A stretch of 64,000 bases of DNA from an uncultured Flavobacterium sp. (GCA_964614445.1 CAZTLN010000002.1:115165-179164), one strand, 5' to 3'; shown: positions 38,071 to 48,240, numbered from the stretch's first letter. Program-made: numbers and translations. Notes: generated by a model from the letters alone, not told the origin.

Positions 38071-39396
38071 ATGAAAAAAGCAATAATGGTATTAAGCAGT
38101 TCAATTTTACTTGGAGGAGTGAGCAAGGCCCAGAAATTAACCTACGAGCAATATGATCTCGAAAACGGATTACATGTAATTCTTCATCAGGACAATAGCA
38201 CACCGGTGGTAGTGACCTCCGTTATGTACCATGTAGGATCTAAAGATGAAAATCCGAACAAAACAGGTTTTGCTCACTTTTTCGAACACCTGCTTTTCGA
38301 GGGAACCGAGAACATAAAAAGAGGAGAATGGTTCAAGCTTGTGTCTGCCAACGGAGGAATAAACAATGCTAATACCTCAGACGACAGAACCTATTACTAC
38401 GAAATTTTTCCTTCCAATAATCTGGAATTAGCTCTTTGGATGGAATCTGAAAGATTAATGCACCCGGTTATAAATCAAATTGGAGTCGACACCCAAAAAG
38501 AAGTAATTAAAGAAGAAAAAAATGCTCGTTATGACAATCAGCCTTACGGTAAAATAATTCCCGCTGTAAAAGAAAACCTATTCAAAAAACACCCCTACCG
38601 CTGGCCTACCATTGGCTCCACTGAACATTTGGAGTCAGCAATACTGGAGGATTTTCAAGCATTTAATGCCAAATTCTACATCCCCAACAATGCGGTTCTC
38701 GTAGTTGCAGGTGATTTTGACAACCTCAAAGCCAAAGAATGGATCCAACATTATTTTGGCCCTATCAAAAAAGGCCATGAGATCCTACGGGATACATTTA
38801 TCGAAGAACCAATCTCCCAAACTATAAAAGCAACCCATGAAGATCCCAACATTCAGATTCCCATGCTGGTTACCGCATACAGAACACCCTCAATGAAAAC
38901 AAGAGACGCACGTGTTTTGGATTTCATTTCAGCCTATTTAAGTGACGGTAAAAGTTCAAAATTATACAAGAAAATTGTGGACCAAAATAAAAAAGCCTTG
39001 CAGATAGGTGCTGTGGGATTTAACCAGGAAGACTATGGCATGTACATTATTTACGGACTACCGATGGGGGCATATACAAATAATGATCTCCTTGAAGAAA
39101 TTGAAGAAGAAATCGATAAAATCCAAAAAGAATTAATTTCAGAAAGAGACTTCCAAAAACTTCAAAATAAGTTTGAAAATCAATTTGTTAACAACAACGC
39201 TAATTTAGAGGGTATCGCTGAAAATTTAGCAAAATACTACCTACTTTACGATGATATTGATTTAATCAACAATGAATTAGACCTATATCATTCCATTACC
39301 AGAGAAGAAATCAGGACTGTTGCCAAAAAATATTTAAACCCAAATCAGCGATTAATACTGGATTACCTCCCAGCATCAGAGATGAATCAAAACTAA
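38071..39396 (+). CDS. M16 (pitrilysin-like) peptidase, active subunit
   Basis: Signal peptide; GFAHFFEH (HxxEH), ESERL. Confidence 0.92.
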   Translation: MKKAIMVLSSSILLGGVSKAQKLTYEQYDLENGLHVILHQDNSTPVVVTSVMYHVGSKDENPNKTGFAHFFEHLLFEGTENIKRGEWFKLVSANGGINNANTSDDRTYYYEIFPSNNLELALWMESERLMHPVINQIGVDTQKEVIKEEKNARYDNQPYGKIIPAVKENLFKKHPYRWPTIGSTEHLESAILEDFQAFNAKFYIPNNAVLVVAGDFDNLKAKEWIQHYFGPIKKGHEILRDTFIEEPISQTIKATHEDPNIQIPMLVTAYRTPSMKTRDARVLDFISAYLSDGKSSKLYKKIVDQNKKALQIGAVGFNQEDYGMYIIYGLPMGAYTNNDLLEEIEEEIDKIQKELISERDFQKLQNKFENQFVNNNANLEGIAENLAKYYLLYDDIDLINNELDLYHSITREEIRTVAKKYLNPNQRLILDYLPASEMNQN

Positions 39397-39409
39397 GACA
39401 AATCTTTAA

Positions 39410-40822
39410 ATGAGAAATTCAAGTATCCTTTTAATCCTATTATTACTTACAGGAACTATGCAAGCACAAGTACGCAAACAACCAAAACCCGGGAAACCTC
39501 CCATCATAAACATCAAAAAACCTCAATCCTTTACTTTAGAAAACGGTCTAAAAGTAATGGTGGTAGAAAATCATAAATTACCCAAAGTTACCTTTAACAT
39601 GACTCTTGACAACCCACCTTTTGTATCCGCAAACAAAAAGGGAGTAGAAGAGCTATGCAGTAGCTTGATAGGAAACGGAAGCACAAAAATCTCAAAAGAC
39701 GATTTTAACGAGGAAGTGGATTTCATGGGCGCAAACATTTCATTCAGCTCCCACGGAGTTTATGCCACTTCACTTTCAAAATATTCCGGACGTGTCCTTC
39801 AACTAATGTCCTATGGAGCTTTGTTTCCTAATTTTACACAGGAAGAACTGGATAAGGAAAGAGCAAAAATAATTGAGGGACTAAAATCTCAAGAAAAAAG
39901 CGTCCCGGCCATCGCCAAGAGAGTTATCAATGCGCTGGCATTTGGCAAAAGCCACCCCTTTGGCGAATTCATGACAGTAGAAACCCTTGAAAGCATAACA
40001 CTCGAAGATGTAAAGGCAAATTACAGCACCTATTTCGTCCCTAAAAATGCGTATTTGGCGGTTGTAGGAGATGTAAAATACAATGAAATTAAACCTGTCA
40101 TAGAACATCTTTTTGGCAAATGGAAAAACACGCCTGTTCCAAACACAATCTACCCCGAACCGAAAAACGTTCCATTTACACAAATTAATTTTGTTGATAT
40201 CCCAAACGCTGTTCAATCAGAAATTTCACTCGTAAACACCTATAATTTAAAGATGAGCGACAAAGATTTTTTCCCGGTTGCCTTGGCTAGTTACATTTTG
40301 GGCGGCGGATTCAACAGTTACCTAAATATGAATCTCAGAGAGGAGCATGGTTGGACTTATGGTGCCCAAACTCAAATTGAGGCCGGAAAATATTCCAGTA
40401 AAGTAAATTCCACATCTTCCATAAAAAGTGCAGTAACCGATAGTGCTGTTTTAGAATTCATAAAGGAAATAAAACGGATCCGAACAGAAAAAGTAGACTC
40501 AGACCTACTTATGGATGTTAAAGCAGGCTACATAGGTCGCTTTGTAATGAGAGTTGAAAAACCGGAATCTATTGCCCGATATGCTTTAAATATAGAAATT
40601 GAAAAACTACCCGTAGATTTTTATGAGAATTACATTAAAAATATAAATGCAGTTACCGAAGATGATATAATGAATGCAGCCAACAAATATTTCCTCTTGG
40701 ACAATACCAGAATAATAATTGTAGGCAAGGGATCAGAAATTCTACCAGGATTGGAAAAACTGAACATACCAATCTCCTATTTTGACAAATTTGGCAATCC
40801 AACAGAAAAACCACTTTATTAA
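39410..40822 (+). CDS. M16 peptidase-like partner subunit (no HxxEH)
   Basis: LENGLKV, LGGGFNSYLNMNLREEHGWTYG; zinc motif absent. Confidence 0.88.
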   Translation: MRNSSILLILLLLTGTMQAQVRKQPKPGKPPIINIKKPQSFTLENGLKVMVVENHKLPKVTFNMTLDNPPFVSANKKGVEELCSSLIGNGSTKISKDDFNEEVDFMGANISFSSHGVYATSLSKYSGRVLQLMSYGALFPNFTQEELDKERAKIIEGLKSQEKSVPAIAKRVINALAFGKSHPFGEFMTVETLESITLEDVKANYSTYFVPKNAYLAVVGDVKYNEIKPVIEHLFGKWKNTPVPNTIYPEPKNVPFTQINFVDIPNAVQSEISLVNTYNLKMSDKDFFPVALASYILGGGFNSYLNMNLREEHGWTYGAQTQIEAGKYSSKVNSTSSIKSAVTDSAVLEFIKEIKRIRTEKVDSDLLMDVKAGYIGRFVMRVEKPESIARYALNIEIEKLPVDFYENYIKNINAVTEDDIMNAANKYFLLDNTRIIIVGKGSEILPGLEKLNIPISYFDKFGNPTEKPLY

Positions 40823-40905
40823 TAACTTAATTTTAAGAAACAGCTGTACAATTTTAATTATTTTTGCGGCTGATTATTAGAACTTTAATTTAAAATTTTT
40901 AAAAA

Positions 40906-41280
40906 ATGAATTTTACTAAATCAATAGCTGCTCTTGCAATAGCAGGTCTTTTATTTACAAGCTGTAAAAAAGAATCTGCCGAAAAAATTACAACAGAGAC
41001 AGAGACTGTAGCACCTAAAGCTAAAAAAGAAATCGCTGCCGAAAATTTACAGACAGCCAATTTTACAATCGAAGGTATGACTTGTGCAATAGGCTGTGCC
41101 AAAACAATACAAGACGAACTATCAGAACTTGAAGGAGTACAATCAGCTATAGTTGATTTTGATAAAAAATTAGCCACAGTTGCTTTTGACAAAACTGTTC
41201 AAAGCCAGGAAAGCTTAACAAAAATAGTTGAGGCTACAGCAGACGGCGAGACCTATAAAGTTTCAAACTTCAAATTGTAG
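40906..41280 (+). CDS. Heavy-metal-associated (HMA) domain lipoprotein
   Basis: Lipobox LFTSC; IEGMTCAIGCAKTI metal-binding loop. Confidence 0.85.
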   Translation: MNFTKSIAALAIAGLLFTSCKKESAEKITTETETVAPKAKKEIAAENLQTANFTIEGMTCAIGCAKTIQDELSELEGVQSAIVDFDKKLATVAFDKTVQSQESLTKIVEATADGETYKVSNFKL

Positions 41281-41300
41281 TAAACTAATCCAACTTAAAT

Positions 41301-41331
41301 AAAAACATCCGCTACATGCGGATGTTTTTTT
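41301..41331. terminator. Bidirectional terminator HMA/gldD
   Basis: AAAAACATCCGC-TACAT-GCGGATGTTTTT. Confidence 0.85.
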
Positions 41332-41333
41332 AT

Positions 41334-41894
41334 TTATTTCCAACTCAGCGTTTCCATTAACCGCTGCATGTCATTTTTTATATAGCTTACAGCTGGCATG
41401 ATGGAGTCGAAATTAGGTTTTGCATAAAAATAAACAGAACCGGTTATAAAATGCCTGGTGCTATCGGTAACATAAAATTGCGAGTTGGTAGCCGCATTCC
41501 CATCTACCTGATAAAACATACCGTATACTTTTTTATCAGCATTCAAATACGGTTGTTCCAGAATATCATCAGCTTTTATTACATGCTCATAAGTAAGTTT
41601 TTGAGCATCTCGCAGTAACATATTTATATTATCATTTACCGGCTTATAAGTCAGATAAATAGTAGCCTTCATTTTTGGATAATTAATCGTAAATGAACAA
41701 TCCTCCTCCCCTTTTATAATTGCTTTCGAATTCATCTCAAAAGTATATGGACATTGATTTTCAAAATGCACATATTCAGCCACAGGATAATCAAGACGCA
41801 AATAACCCGTTGGCTTTGGCAGTACTTCGTCCTTGCATGACGATAACAGCATTAAACCACAGAATGATATTGCAATAATTGTTTTTTTCTTCAT
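41334..41894 (-). CDS. gldD: Gliding motility lipoprotein GldD
   Basis: Lipobox LSSC; PKPTGYLRLDYP, GNAATNSQFYVTDS..HF..GS.YF. Start revised to ATG 41894. Confidence 0.93.
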   Translation of the reverse strand: MKKKTIIAISFCGLMLLSSCKDEVLPKPTGYLRLDYPVAEYVHFENQCPYTFEMNSKAIIKGEEDCSFTINYPKMKATIYLTYKPVNDNINMLLRDAQKLTYEHVIKADDILEQPYLNADKKVYGMFYQVDGNAATNSQFYVTDSTRHFITGSVYFYAKPNFDSIMPAVSYIKNDMQRLMETLSWK

Positions 41895-41916
41895 GAAAGG
41901 CTTCCAAATTCTACAA

Positions 41917-43215
41917 CTAAACATCAACCGTAACCTTTATTTGTTTTACACGTTTTTTGTCAACAACTTCTATGGTAAACACACAATTCCCAAAAGCAAT
42001 TTTTTGTCCTTTCGCCGGAAAATTACCTGAAATCTCCAAAATAAATCCTGCCAAAGTCTCGGCCTCACCCTTTCTGATTTCAAATTCTTCTTCGTCAACA
42101 TCAACTATTCTATAGAAATCCTTGAGGTTAATTTTGCCTTCAAAGAGAAAATTCCTGTTATCAATCTGAGAAAAATTAATATCCTCATCGTCAAACTCAT
42201 CACTAATATCACCAACTATTTCTTCAATCACATCTTCAAGTGAAACAAGACCGGAAGTCCCTCCATATTCATCTACTACAATCGCAAGGTGACTTTTCAT
42301 ACTTTGAAAATCCTTCAGCAAGTTATCCAGTTTTTTATTTTCCGGAACAAAAAATGGCTCTCTTACAAGAACTGTCCAGTCAAAAGTTTGCTTATCAATA
42401 TGTGGCAACAAATCTTTGGTAAAGAGAACGCCTTCTATCTGATCGATATTGTCTCGGTATACAGGAATTCTGGAATATCCTTTTTCAATAACCTTAACAT
42501 AAATATCATTAAAGGACTCGGTTATTTCCAATGCAAAAATATCAATTCGAGGACTCATCACCTGCTTGGTATCTGTATTCCCAAAAGACACTATCCCCTC
42601 CAGAATTTTCTGTTCATCTGTCGTGGTTTCTTCAGTGGAGGTGAGCTCCAAAGCCTGAGAAAGTTGGTCTACAGAAAAATTAGTTTTTTGCTTCCCTAAT
42701 TTATCATGTAAATAAACAGTCGCTTCCCTCATTGGTATGCTAATAGGCGACAAAAGATTATCCAAAACAGAAACCGGATAGGCTATAATTTTCGCAAATT
42801 TCACATTATTCCGACTGGCATAAATTTTTGGTAAAACTTCCCCAAAGAGCAACAATAAAAAAGTCACGACTATTACTTCCAGAATAAATTTCAAAACTGA
42901 TGAAGAAATAGATGCAAACAAATCTTTACCTACAAAGGAAAACAGGATTACAACACCTATATTTATGAAATTATTAGCTACAAGAAGAGTTGCCAATAAC
43001 TTCTTGGGTCTCCCCAAAAGATCTGCTATGATTTTACCCCTTGAAACATCTTCCTGAAGTGCATCATCAATATCCTTTTGTGACAACGAAAACAAGGCAA
43101 CTTCTGCACCAGAAACAATGGCAGAACAAAAAAGAAGTACAAATATTCCAATAAAACCACCTATAAGGTCGGTATCTACTGTCGACGCTAGACTTAAACT
43201 GGGCGCTGGGTCCAA
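41917..43215 (-). CDS. gldE: Gliding motility-associated protein GldE (CNNM/DUF21, CBS, CorC), TTG start
   Basis: SGAEVALFSL, FGEVLPK, GYSRIPVY, VVDEYGGTSG; adjacent to gldD. Confidence 0.92.
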   Translation of the reverse strand: MDPAPSLSLASTVDTDLIGGFIGIFVLLFCSAIVSGAEVALFSLSQKDIDDALQEDVSRGKIIADLLGRPKKLLATLLVANNFINIGVVILFSFVGKDLFASISSSVLKFILEVIVVTFLLLLFGEVLPKIYASRNNVKFAKIIAYPVSVLDNLLSPISIPMREATVYLHDKLGKQKTNFSVDQLSQALELTSTEETTTDEQKILEGIVSFGNTDTKQVMSPRIDIFALEITESFNDIYVKVIEKGYSRIPVYRDNIDQIEGVLFTKDLLPHIDKQTFDWTVLVREPFFVPENKKLDNLLKDFQSMKSHLAIVVDEYGGTSGLVSLEDVIEEIVGDISDEFDDEDINFSQIDNRNFLFEGKINLKDFYRIVDVDEEEFEIRKGEAETLAGFILEISGNFPAKGQKIAFGNCVFTIEVVDKKRVKQIKVTVDV

Positions 43216-43238
43216 ATTAAAATAGATTAGTTAAACAA

Positions 43239-43679
43239 TCAAAAAGGCAAATCATTTATAGGTAAGCCTTTATTTTGCGAGTCAAAGTTAGTGTTTTTTG
43301 TGGATTCCGAATGCTGCACACTTCGACTGTGGTCCGGATCCTTTTTTGTTGACAAAAAGGTAAACTCTGTTACCTGAATTTCGGTGGTATGTTTCACAGA
43401 TCCATCTTCAGCCTGCCATTGACGGGTTTTAATTCTCCCTTCAACATAAATTTTATCACCCTTTGACAAATACTTTTCACAAATTTCCGCTGCTTTATTT
43501 CGAACCACCAAATTATGCCACTCTGTAGAAGTTATTCTCTCATTTGTTGACTTATTAATATACACTTCATTGGTGGCTAACTGAAATCTACCGATACAAT
43601 TCCCCCCATCAAAATAGTGCATTTTTACATCATCGCCCAAATGACCGATCAGCATAACTTTATTTAATGTCCCATTCAT
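43239..43679 (-). CDS. ssb: Single-stranded DNA-binding protein
   Basis: LNKVMLIGHLG, TEWHN, KGDKIYVEG; DLPF tail. Confidence 0.96.
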   Translation of the reverse strand: MNGTLNKVMLIGHLGDDVKMHYFDGGNCIGRFQLATNEVYINKSTNERITSTEWHNLVVRNKAAEICEKYLSKGDKIYVEGRIKTRQWQAEDGSVKHTTEIQVTEFTFLSTKKDPDHSRSVQHSESTKNTNFDSQNKGLPINDLPF

Positions 43680-43729
43680 GTTTTTACAGCAAACTTTAAA
43701 ACCAAATATACATTTTTTTTGCGCTCAAC

Positions 43730-44764
43730 CTATTCCGACTCAATAAAATTATGTATCACTATCGGAAAAGGATAGCTTTTCAACTCTTTTATATCTACCC
43801 CCCGATTGATTGAGCCACTAACCTTAAACTTCCAAAATCTTATATAAAGATGTTGATGTGAGAGTTTATGAACAATACTTTTATCATTACAGGACTCTAT
43901 AGACAAAATATCATTAGAAGTCAAAACCTGATTCTTCACGGCATCAGTAACAAAAGTAACACCCTCTTCTTTATCTGTTTCTATTAATGGAAACTCGTAA
44001 AGATTGTACCAAATGCCTTTTGATGTTCTTTTTTGAATTAATGTTTTCTGCTCTGCATCTGAAATCATTATATAATTAAAGTACCTTTTTTTTACCTTAA
44101 CCTTCTTTGACTTTACGGGAAGCCCGGCAACTTTTCCTTTTTGAAGCGCTGCACAACTGTCATTAAATACGCAGGATAAGCAATTTGGATTTTTAGGAAC
44201 GCATTGTAACGCTCCAAATTCCATTATAGCCTGATTAAAAATAGGTGCTTCCTCTTTTGGCATAATCTCAAAAGCCAATTCAGCAAATTCTTTTTTGGCG
44301 GAGGCTAAAGCAATATCAGTTTCAATATCAAAATAACGAGACAGAACACGAAACACGTTCCCATCAACCACCGGCACCGCTTCATTATATGAGAAGGAGG
44401 CAATAGCTGCAGCAGTGTACTCTCCAACTCCCTTTAACCTCAACAATTCTTTATATGTCACAGGAAAAACTCCATTTAATTGAAAGGCCACATATTGTGC
44501 CGTTTTATGAAGATTACGAGCGCGGGAATAATACCCAAGGCCCTGCCACAATTTTAATACTTTTTCCTCATCGGCTTGAGCTAAATCCAATACGGTAGGA
44601 AAAGCCTTTGTGAAAGCGATAAAATAAGGCATTCCCTGAGCAACTCGTGTTTGCTGGAGCATGATTTCTGATAGCCAAATCTTGTAAGGATCGGTTGTAT
44701 TTCTCCATGGTAAATCACGTTTATTTTCTAAATACCACTTAATTAACGAGTTAGAAAAATCCAT
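43730..44764 (-). CDS. mutY: A/G-specific adenine glycosylase
   Basis: WLSEIMLQQT, WQGLGYYSRARNL, VDGNVFRV, Fe-S C-x6-C-x2-C-x5-C, C-terminal NUDIX-like domain. Confidence 0.97.
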   Translation of the reverse strand: MDFSNSLIKWYLENKRDLPWRNTTDPYKIWLSEIMLQQTRVAQGMPYFIAFTKAFPTVLDLAQADEEKVLKLWQGLGYYSRARNLHKTAQYVAFQLNGVFPVTYKELLRLKGVGEYTAAAIASFSYNEAVPVVDGNVFRVLSRYFDIETDIALASAKKEFAELAFEIMPKEEAPIFNQAIMEFGALQCVPKNPNCLSCVFNDSCAALQKGKVAGLPVKSKKVKVKKRYFNYIMISDAEQKTLIQKRTSKGIWYNLYEFPLIETDKEEGVTFVTDAVKNQVLTSNDILSIESCNDKSIVHKLSHQHLYIRFWKFKVSGSINRGVDIKELKSYPFPIVIHNFIESE

Positions 44765-44899
44765 TTTAAAAAATTTATCGACAAAATTAAAAGTTTATGT
44801 TATTAAAATTTAATCAATTAGCTTGAATATTTATTTTTTTAATTCTTATATTTGCACACTCAAAAAAAATTATTTCAAAATAATAAATTAGGAAAGAAA

Positions 44900-45190
44900 A
44901 TGACGAAAGCAGATATCGTAGCGAAAATTTCAGAAAAATTAGGTCTTGAAAAAGGTGATGTTCAGGCAACAGTAGAGACTTTTATGGATGAAGTAAAAAC
45001 TTCATTGGAAACTGGAGACAATGTGTATTTAAGAGGTTTTGGTAGCTTTATTGTTAAAACAAGAGCTGAGAAAACAGGTAGAAATATCTCTAAAAATACC
45101 ACTATCAAAATTCCTGCACACAATATTCCTGCTTTCAAACCTGCAAAAGTTTTTGTAGAGGGGGTAAAAACAAATAATGAAGCAAAATAA
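44900..45190 (+). CDS. HU/IHF-family DNA-binding protein
   Basis: MTKADIV, VYLRGFGSF, GRN, PAFKP. Start revised to 44900 because the track's TTG lies inside the TATATTTG promoter (44847-44854). Confidence 0.95.
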   Translation: MTKADIVAKISEKLGLEKGDVQATVETFMDEVKTSLETGDNVYLRGFGSFIVKTRAEKTGRNISKNTTIKIPAHNIPAFKPAKVFVEGVKTNNEAK

Positions 45191-45218
45191 TATTAATTAA
45201 TCATAAAATCAACACGAT

Positions 45219-45311
45219 ATGCCAAGTGGTAAAAAAAGAAAAAGACATAAGGTAGCTACTCACAAAAGAAAAAAAAGAGCGAGAGCTAACCGTCACAAAA
45301 AGAAAAAGTAG
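45219..45311 (+). CDS. 30S ribosomal protein bS22 (30 aa)
   Basis: Manual translation gives MPSGKKRKRHKVATHKRKKRARANRHKKKK*, recognised as the Bacteroidota bS22/COX24-like peptide. Below the ORF-track length cut-off. Confidence 0.9.
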   Translation: MPSGKKRKRHKVATHKRKKRARANRHKKKK

Positions 45312-45328
45312 TTTATAACTACTTTTTT
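45303..45328 (+). terminator. Terminator overlapping the bS22 stop
   Basis: AAAAAGTAGTT-TAT-AACTACTTTTTT. Confidence 0.7.
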
Positions 45329-45564
45329 CTTTTTAAACGTTCATTGAAATTGATTTTCAGTAATCGGTATTCAGAAAGCAATACACAGTCGTTGCAAACT
45401 ATTAATCTGAACGCTGCATACTAAAATCACCGGGTAAAATACCTGTTCAAAATATTGTTTAATCCATCCCTGATAGTTGATGTTTGATCGATTGTAGCTG
45501 AAAGATCTAAATCTGACGACCAACACGAACAACTTACGACAAAACTCGGATAAAAATTTACAAG

Positions 45565-47112
45565 GTGAATAAAGAATTAATCATTCGATCTAGTTCTAAT
45601 TCTGTAGATTTTGCCTTATTAAAAGATGGAAAACTAATTGAATTACACAAAGAAGAAGAAGAAAGCAATTTTCAGGTTGGCGATATATTCATTGCCAAAA
45701 TAAGAAAACCGGTTGCTGGACTAAATGCTGCTTTTGTGAATGTTGGCTTCGAAAAAGATGCCTTTTTACATTATCATGACTTAGGTCCTAATTTGACTTC
45801 CCAACTGAAATTCATAAAACTTGTAAGCGCAGGTAAAATAAAAGATTTCTCCCTAAAAAACTTTCAGTTTGAAAAAGAGATAGATAAAGACGGAACAATT
45901 ACAGACGTAATAAACGCCAATCAATCTATCCTTGTACAAGTTGTAAAAGAACCAATATCAACAAAAGGACCTAGATTGAGTGCTGAACTCTCACTTGCCG
46001 GGCGTTATATTGTTTTAGTCCCTTTTTCGGACCGTGTCTCCATTTCGCAAAAAATAGAAGACAGGAAAGAAAAAGATCGTCTAAAAAAACTTGTACAATC
46101 AATCAAACCGAAAGGATTTGGTGTTATTGTTCGCACAGTAGCCGAAGGCAAAAATACAGCCGAATTAGAAAAAGATTTGCAGAACCTGCTAAGCAGATGG
46201 ACTGCAATGTGTAAGAAATTACCAACTGCTCATCATCCCTCAAAGGTGTTAGGTGAACTCAACAGAGCTTCCTCTATACTTAGAGATGTTTTTAACGATA
46301 CTTTTACCGGTATTCAAATAGATGACGAAGAGTTGTACCATCAAACCAAGGACTATTTGCAAGAAATTGCACCGTCCAAACAATCGATTGTAAAGTTTTA
46401 TCAATCAAAAGACACTCCTATTTTCGAGAAATACAATATAGAGAGACAAATCAAAACCTCCTTTGGAAGAACTGTATCCATGAGTAAAGGGGCTTATTTA
46501 ATCATCGAACATACTGAAGCACTGCACGTCATTGATGTCAACAGCGGTAATCGTTCGAATAAAGCCTCAAACCAGGAAGACACTGCCATGGAAGTCAATA
46601 TGATTGCTGCCGCAGAAATAGCAAGACAATTACGTCTTCGAGACATGGGCGGTATCATCGTAGTCGATTTTATCGATATGTCTAATCCAGAAAATAGAAA
46701 AGTCCTGTTCGACTTCTTGAGGGAAGAAATGAGCGATGATAAAGCAAAACACAAAATCTTACCTCCAAGTAAATTTGGACTAGTCCAAATTACAAGACAA
46801 AGAGTAAGACCCGAGAGAAATATCAAAACCAGAGAAGAAGATCCAAACAAAGAAAACGGTGAAATTGAAGCACCAATTTTAATCATTGACAAAATCAATT
46901 CCGATCTGGAAAGAATTTTAAACTCACACAAAAAAGTTGTACTCAATGTACATCCTTTTGTGGCCGCATACCTTACCAAAGGTTTTCCATCAATACGTTC
47001 AAAGTGGTTTCTTGAACATAAAAAATGGGTGAAAATCATACCACGTGACGCTTACACGTATTTAGAGTATCATTTCTTTGACGACAAAGGCAATGATATT
47101 GCAGAAGACTAA
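45565..47112 (+). CDS. Rne/Rng family endoribonuclease (GTG start)
   Basis: S1 domain (NAAFVNVG), STKGPRLS, TEALHVIDVNSG, RQLRLRDMGGIIVVDFIDM. Confidence 0.96.
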   Translation: MNKELIIRSSSNSVDFALLKDGKLIELHKEEEESNFQVGDIFIAKIRKPVAGLNAAFVNVGFEKDAFLHYHDLGPNLTSQLKFIKLVSAGKIKDFSLKNFQFEKEIDKDGTITDVINANQSILVQVVKEPISTKGPRLSAELSLAGRYIVLVPFSDRVSISQKIEDRKEKDRLKKLVQSIKPKGFGVIVRTVAEGKNTAELEKDLQNLLSRWTAMCKKLPTAHHPSKVLGELNRASSILRDVFNDTFTGIQIDDEELYHQTKDYLQEIAPSKQSIVKFYQSKDTPIFEKYNIERQIKTSFGRTVSMSKGAYLIIEHTEALHVIDVNSGNRSNKASNQEDTAMEVNMIAAAEIARQLRLRDMGGIIVVDFIDMSNPENRKVLFDFLREEMSDDKAKHKILPPSKFGLVQITRQRVRPERNIKTREEDPNKENGEIEAPILIIDKINSDLERILNSHKKVVLNVHPFVAAYLTKGFPSIRSKWFLEHKKWVKIIPRDAYTYLEYHFFDDKGNDIAED

Positions 47113-47114
47113 AC

Positions 47115-47151
47115 AAAAAACCGTCTTGTTAATTAACAAGGCGGTTTTTTT
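47115..47151 (+). terminator. Rne/Rng terminator
   Basis: AAAAAACCGTCTTGTT-AATT-AACAAGGCGGTTTTTT. Confidence 0.85.
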
Positions 47152-47284
47152 GTTTCAAAAATCTTCCTTTAGCTCCCTTCAGGCATGTTATATAAAACCG
47201 AATAAGTATATTTGACCTTTTCAAGAACCAATCTATTTTGTTAGCACTGAAAACTAACAAAATCAAGAATAAAAAATTTCCATA

Positions 47285-47755
47285 ATGATAAAAACAAACA
47301 AAATAAAATTGACTAGCAAAACTTTTTTTATCATACTGATAACGGTTTACCTAAAGAAGAGATGGTGGTTATTGTTATGGTTATTTATCATTTCAGTCTT
47401 CTTTTCCCTGAATAAAAACCGAGATAGCATTGAAAACTTTTTTATGTTTTTTGGTTTTATCTACCCTGTCATGATAGCTTTTCAACATTGGCGTTATGCA
47501 AATTCCAAAGACAATAAGCTATTCTTCTCAGAAAGAGAATATGAAATATACAGCAATAGGATTATTGGAAATCTCAGCAATGGTACATCCACCACTATTT
47601 TGGGATAACATATTGTAAATGTGGTTTGTTTGAAAGATGCCTACCTTTTGTATTTTTCAAAAATTCAGTTTATTTATATCCCTAAAATGGCTTTCCAATC
47701 TGAAAAAGACACCAATTGGTTTGAAAAAAATTTTCTGACTAGAATTAAAGCGTAG
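47285..47755 (+). pseudogene. YcxB-like membrane protein interrupted by an in-frame TAA
   Basis: The 107-aa ORF with two TM helices stops at TAA 47606-47608. The same frame continues for 48 sense codons (HIVNVVCLKDAYLLYFSKIQFIYIPKMAFQSEKDTNWFEKNFLTRIKA) to TAG 47753-47755, and these resemble a YcxB C-terminal domain. Confidence 0.65.
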
Positions 47756-47758
47756 GTT

Positions 47759-48202
47759 TTACTTTCGCCGATCGGCAAAAAAAAGTTTCATCAACTCAGA
47801 TGCTTCTTCAGCAAGTACACCTCTTACAACGGTAGTTTTGGGATGGAGTTGAGCGCCCATTTTTTCATATCCCCTTTGCATATCACTGGCACCAAAAACT
47901 ATTTTTGAAATTTGACTCCAGTACAAGGCCCCTGCGCACATTTGGCATGGTTCCAAAGTAACATAGAGGGTGCAGTCCTTTAAATATTTTCCACCCAAAT
48001 AATTAGACGCTGCAGTTATCGACTGCATTTCGGCATGAGCAGTTACGTCATTAAGCATTTCTGTAAGATTATGACTTCGTGCAATTATGGTGTCATTTAT
48101 AACCACAATAGCTCCAACAGGAATTTCCCCTTTTCCAAAAGCCATTTCAGCCTCCTGAAGGGCCTTTTTCATAAAATACTCGTCTGTGAAAATATTTTCC
48201 AT
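47759..48202 (-). CDS. tadA: tRNA adenosine(34) deaminase / nucleoside deaminase
   Basis: GEIPVGA, AHAE, TLEPCQMCAGA. Start revised to ATG 48202. Confidence 0.8.
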   Translation of the reverse strand: MENIFTDEYFMKKALQEAEMAFGKGEIPVGAIVVINDTIIARSHNLTEMLNDVTAHAEMQSITAASNYLGGKYLKDCTLYVTLEPCQMCAGALYWSQISKIVFGASDMQRGYEKMGAQLHPKTTVVRGVLAEEASELMKLFFADRRK

Positions 48203-48240
48203 TAAACAAAAATAAGGCATTCAATTCGTACATTTGCGGT

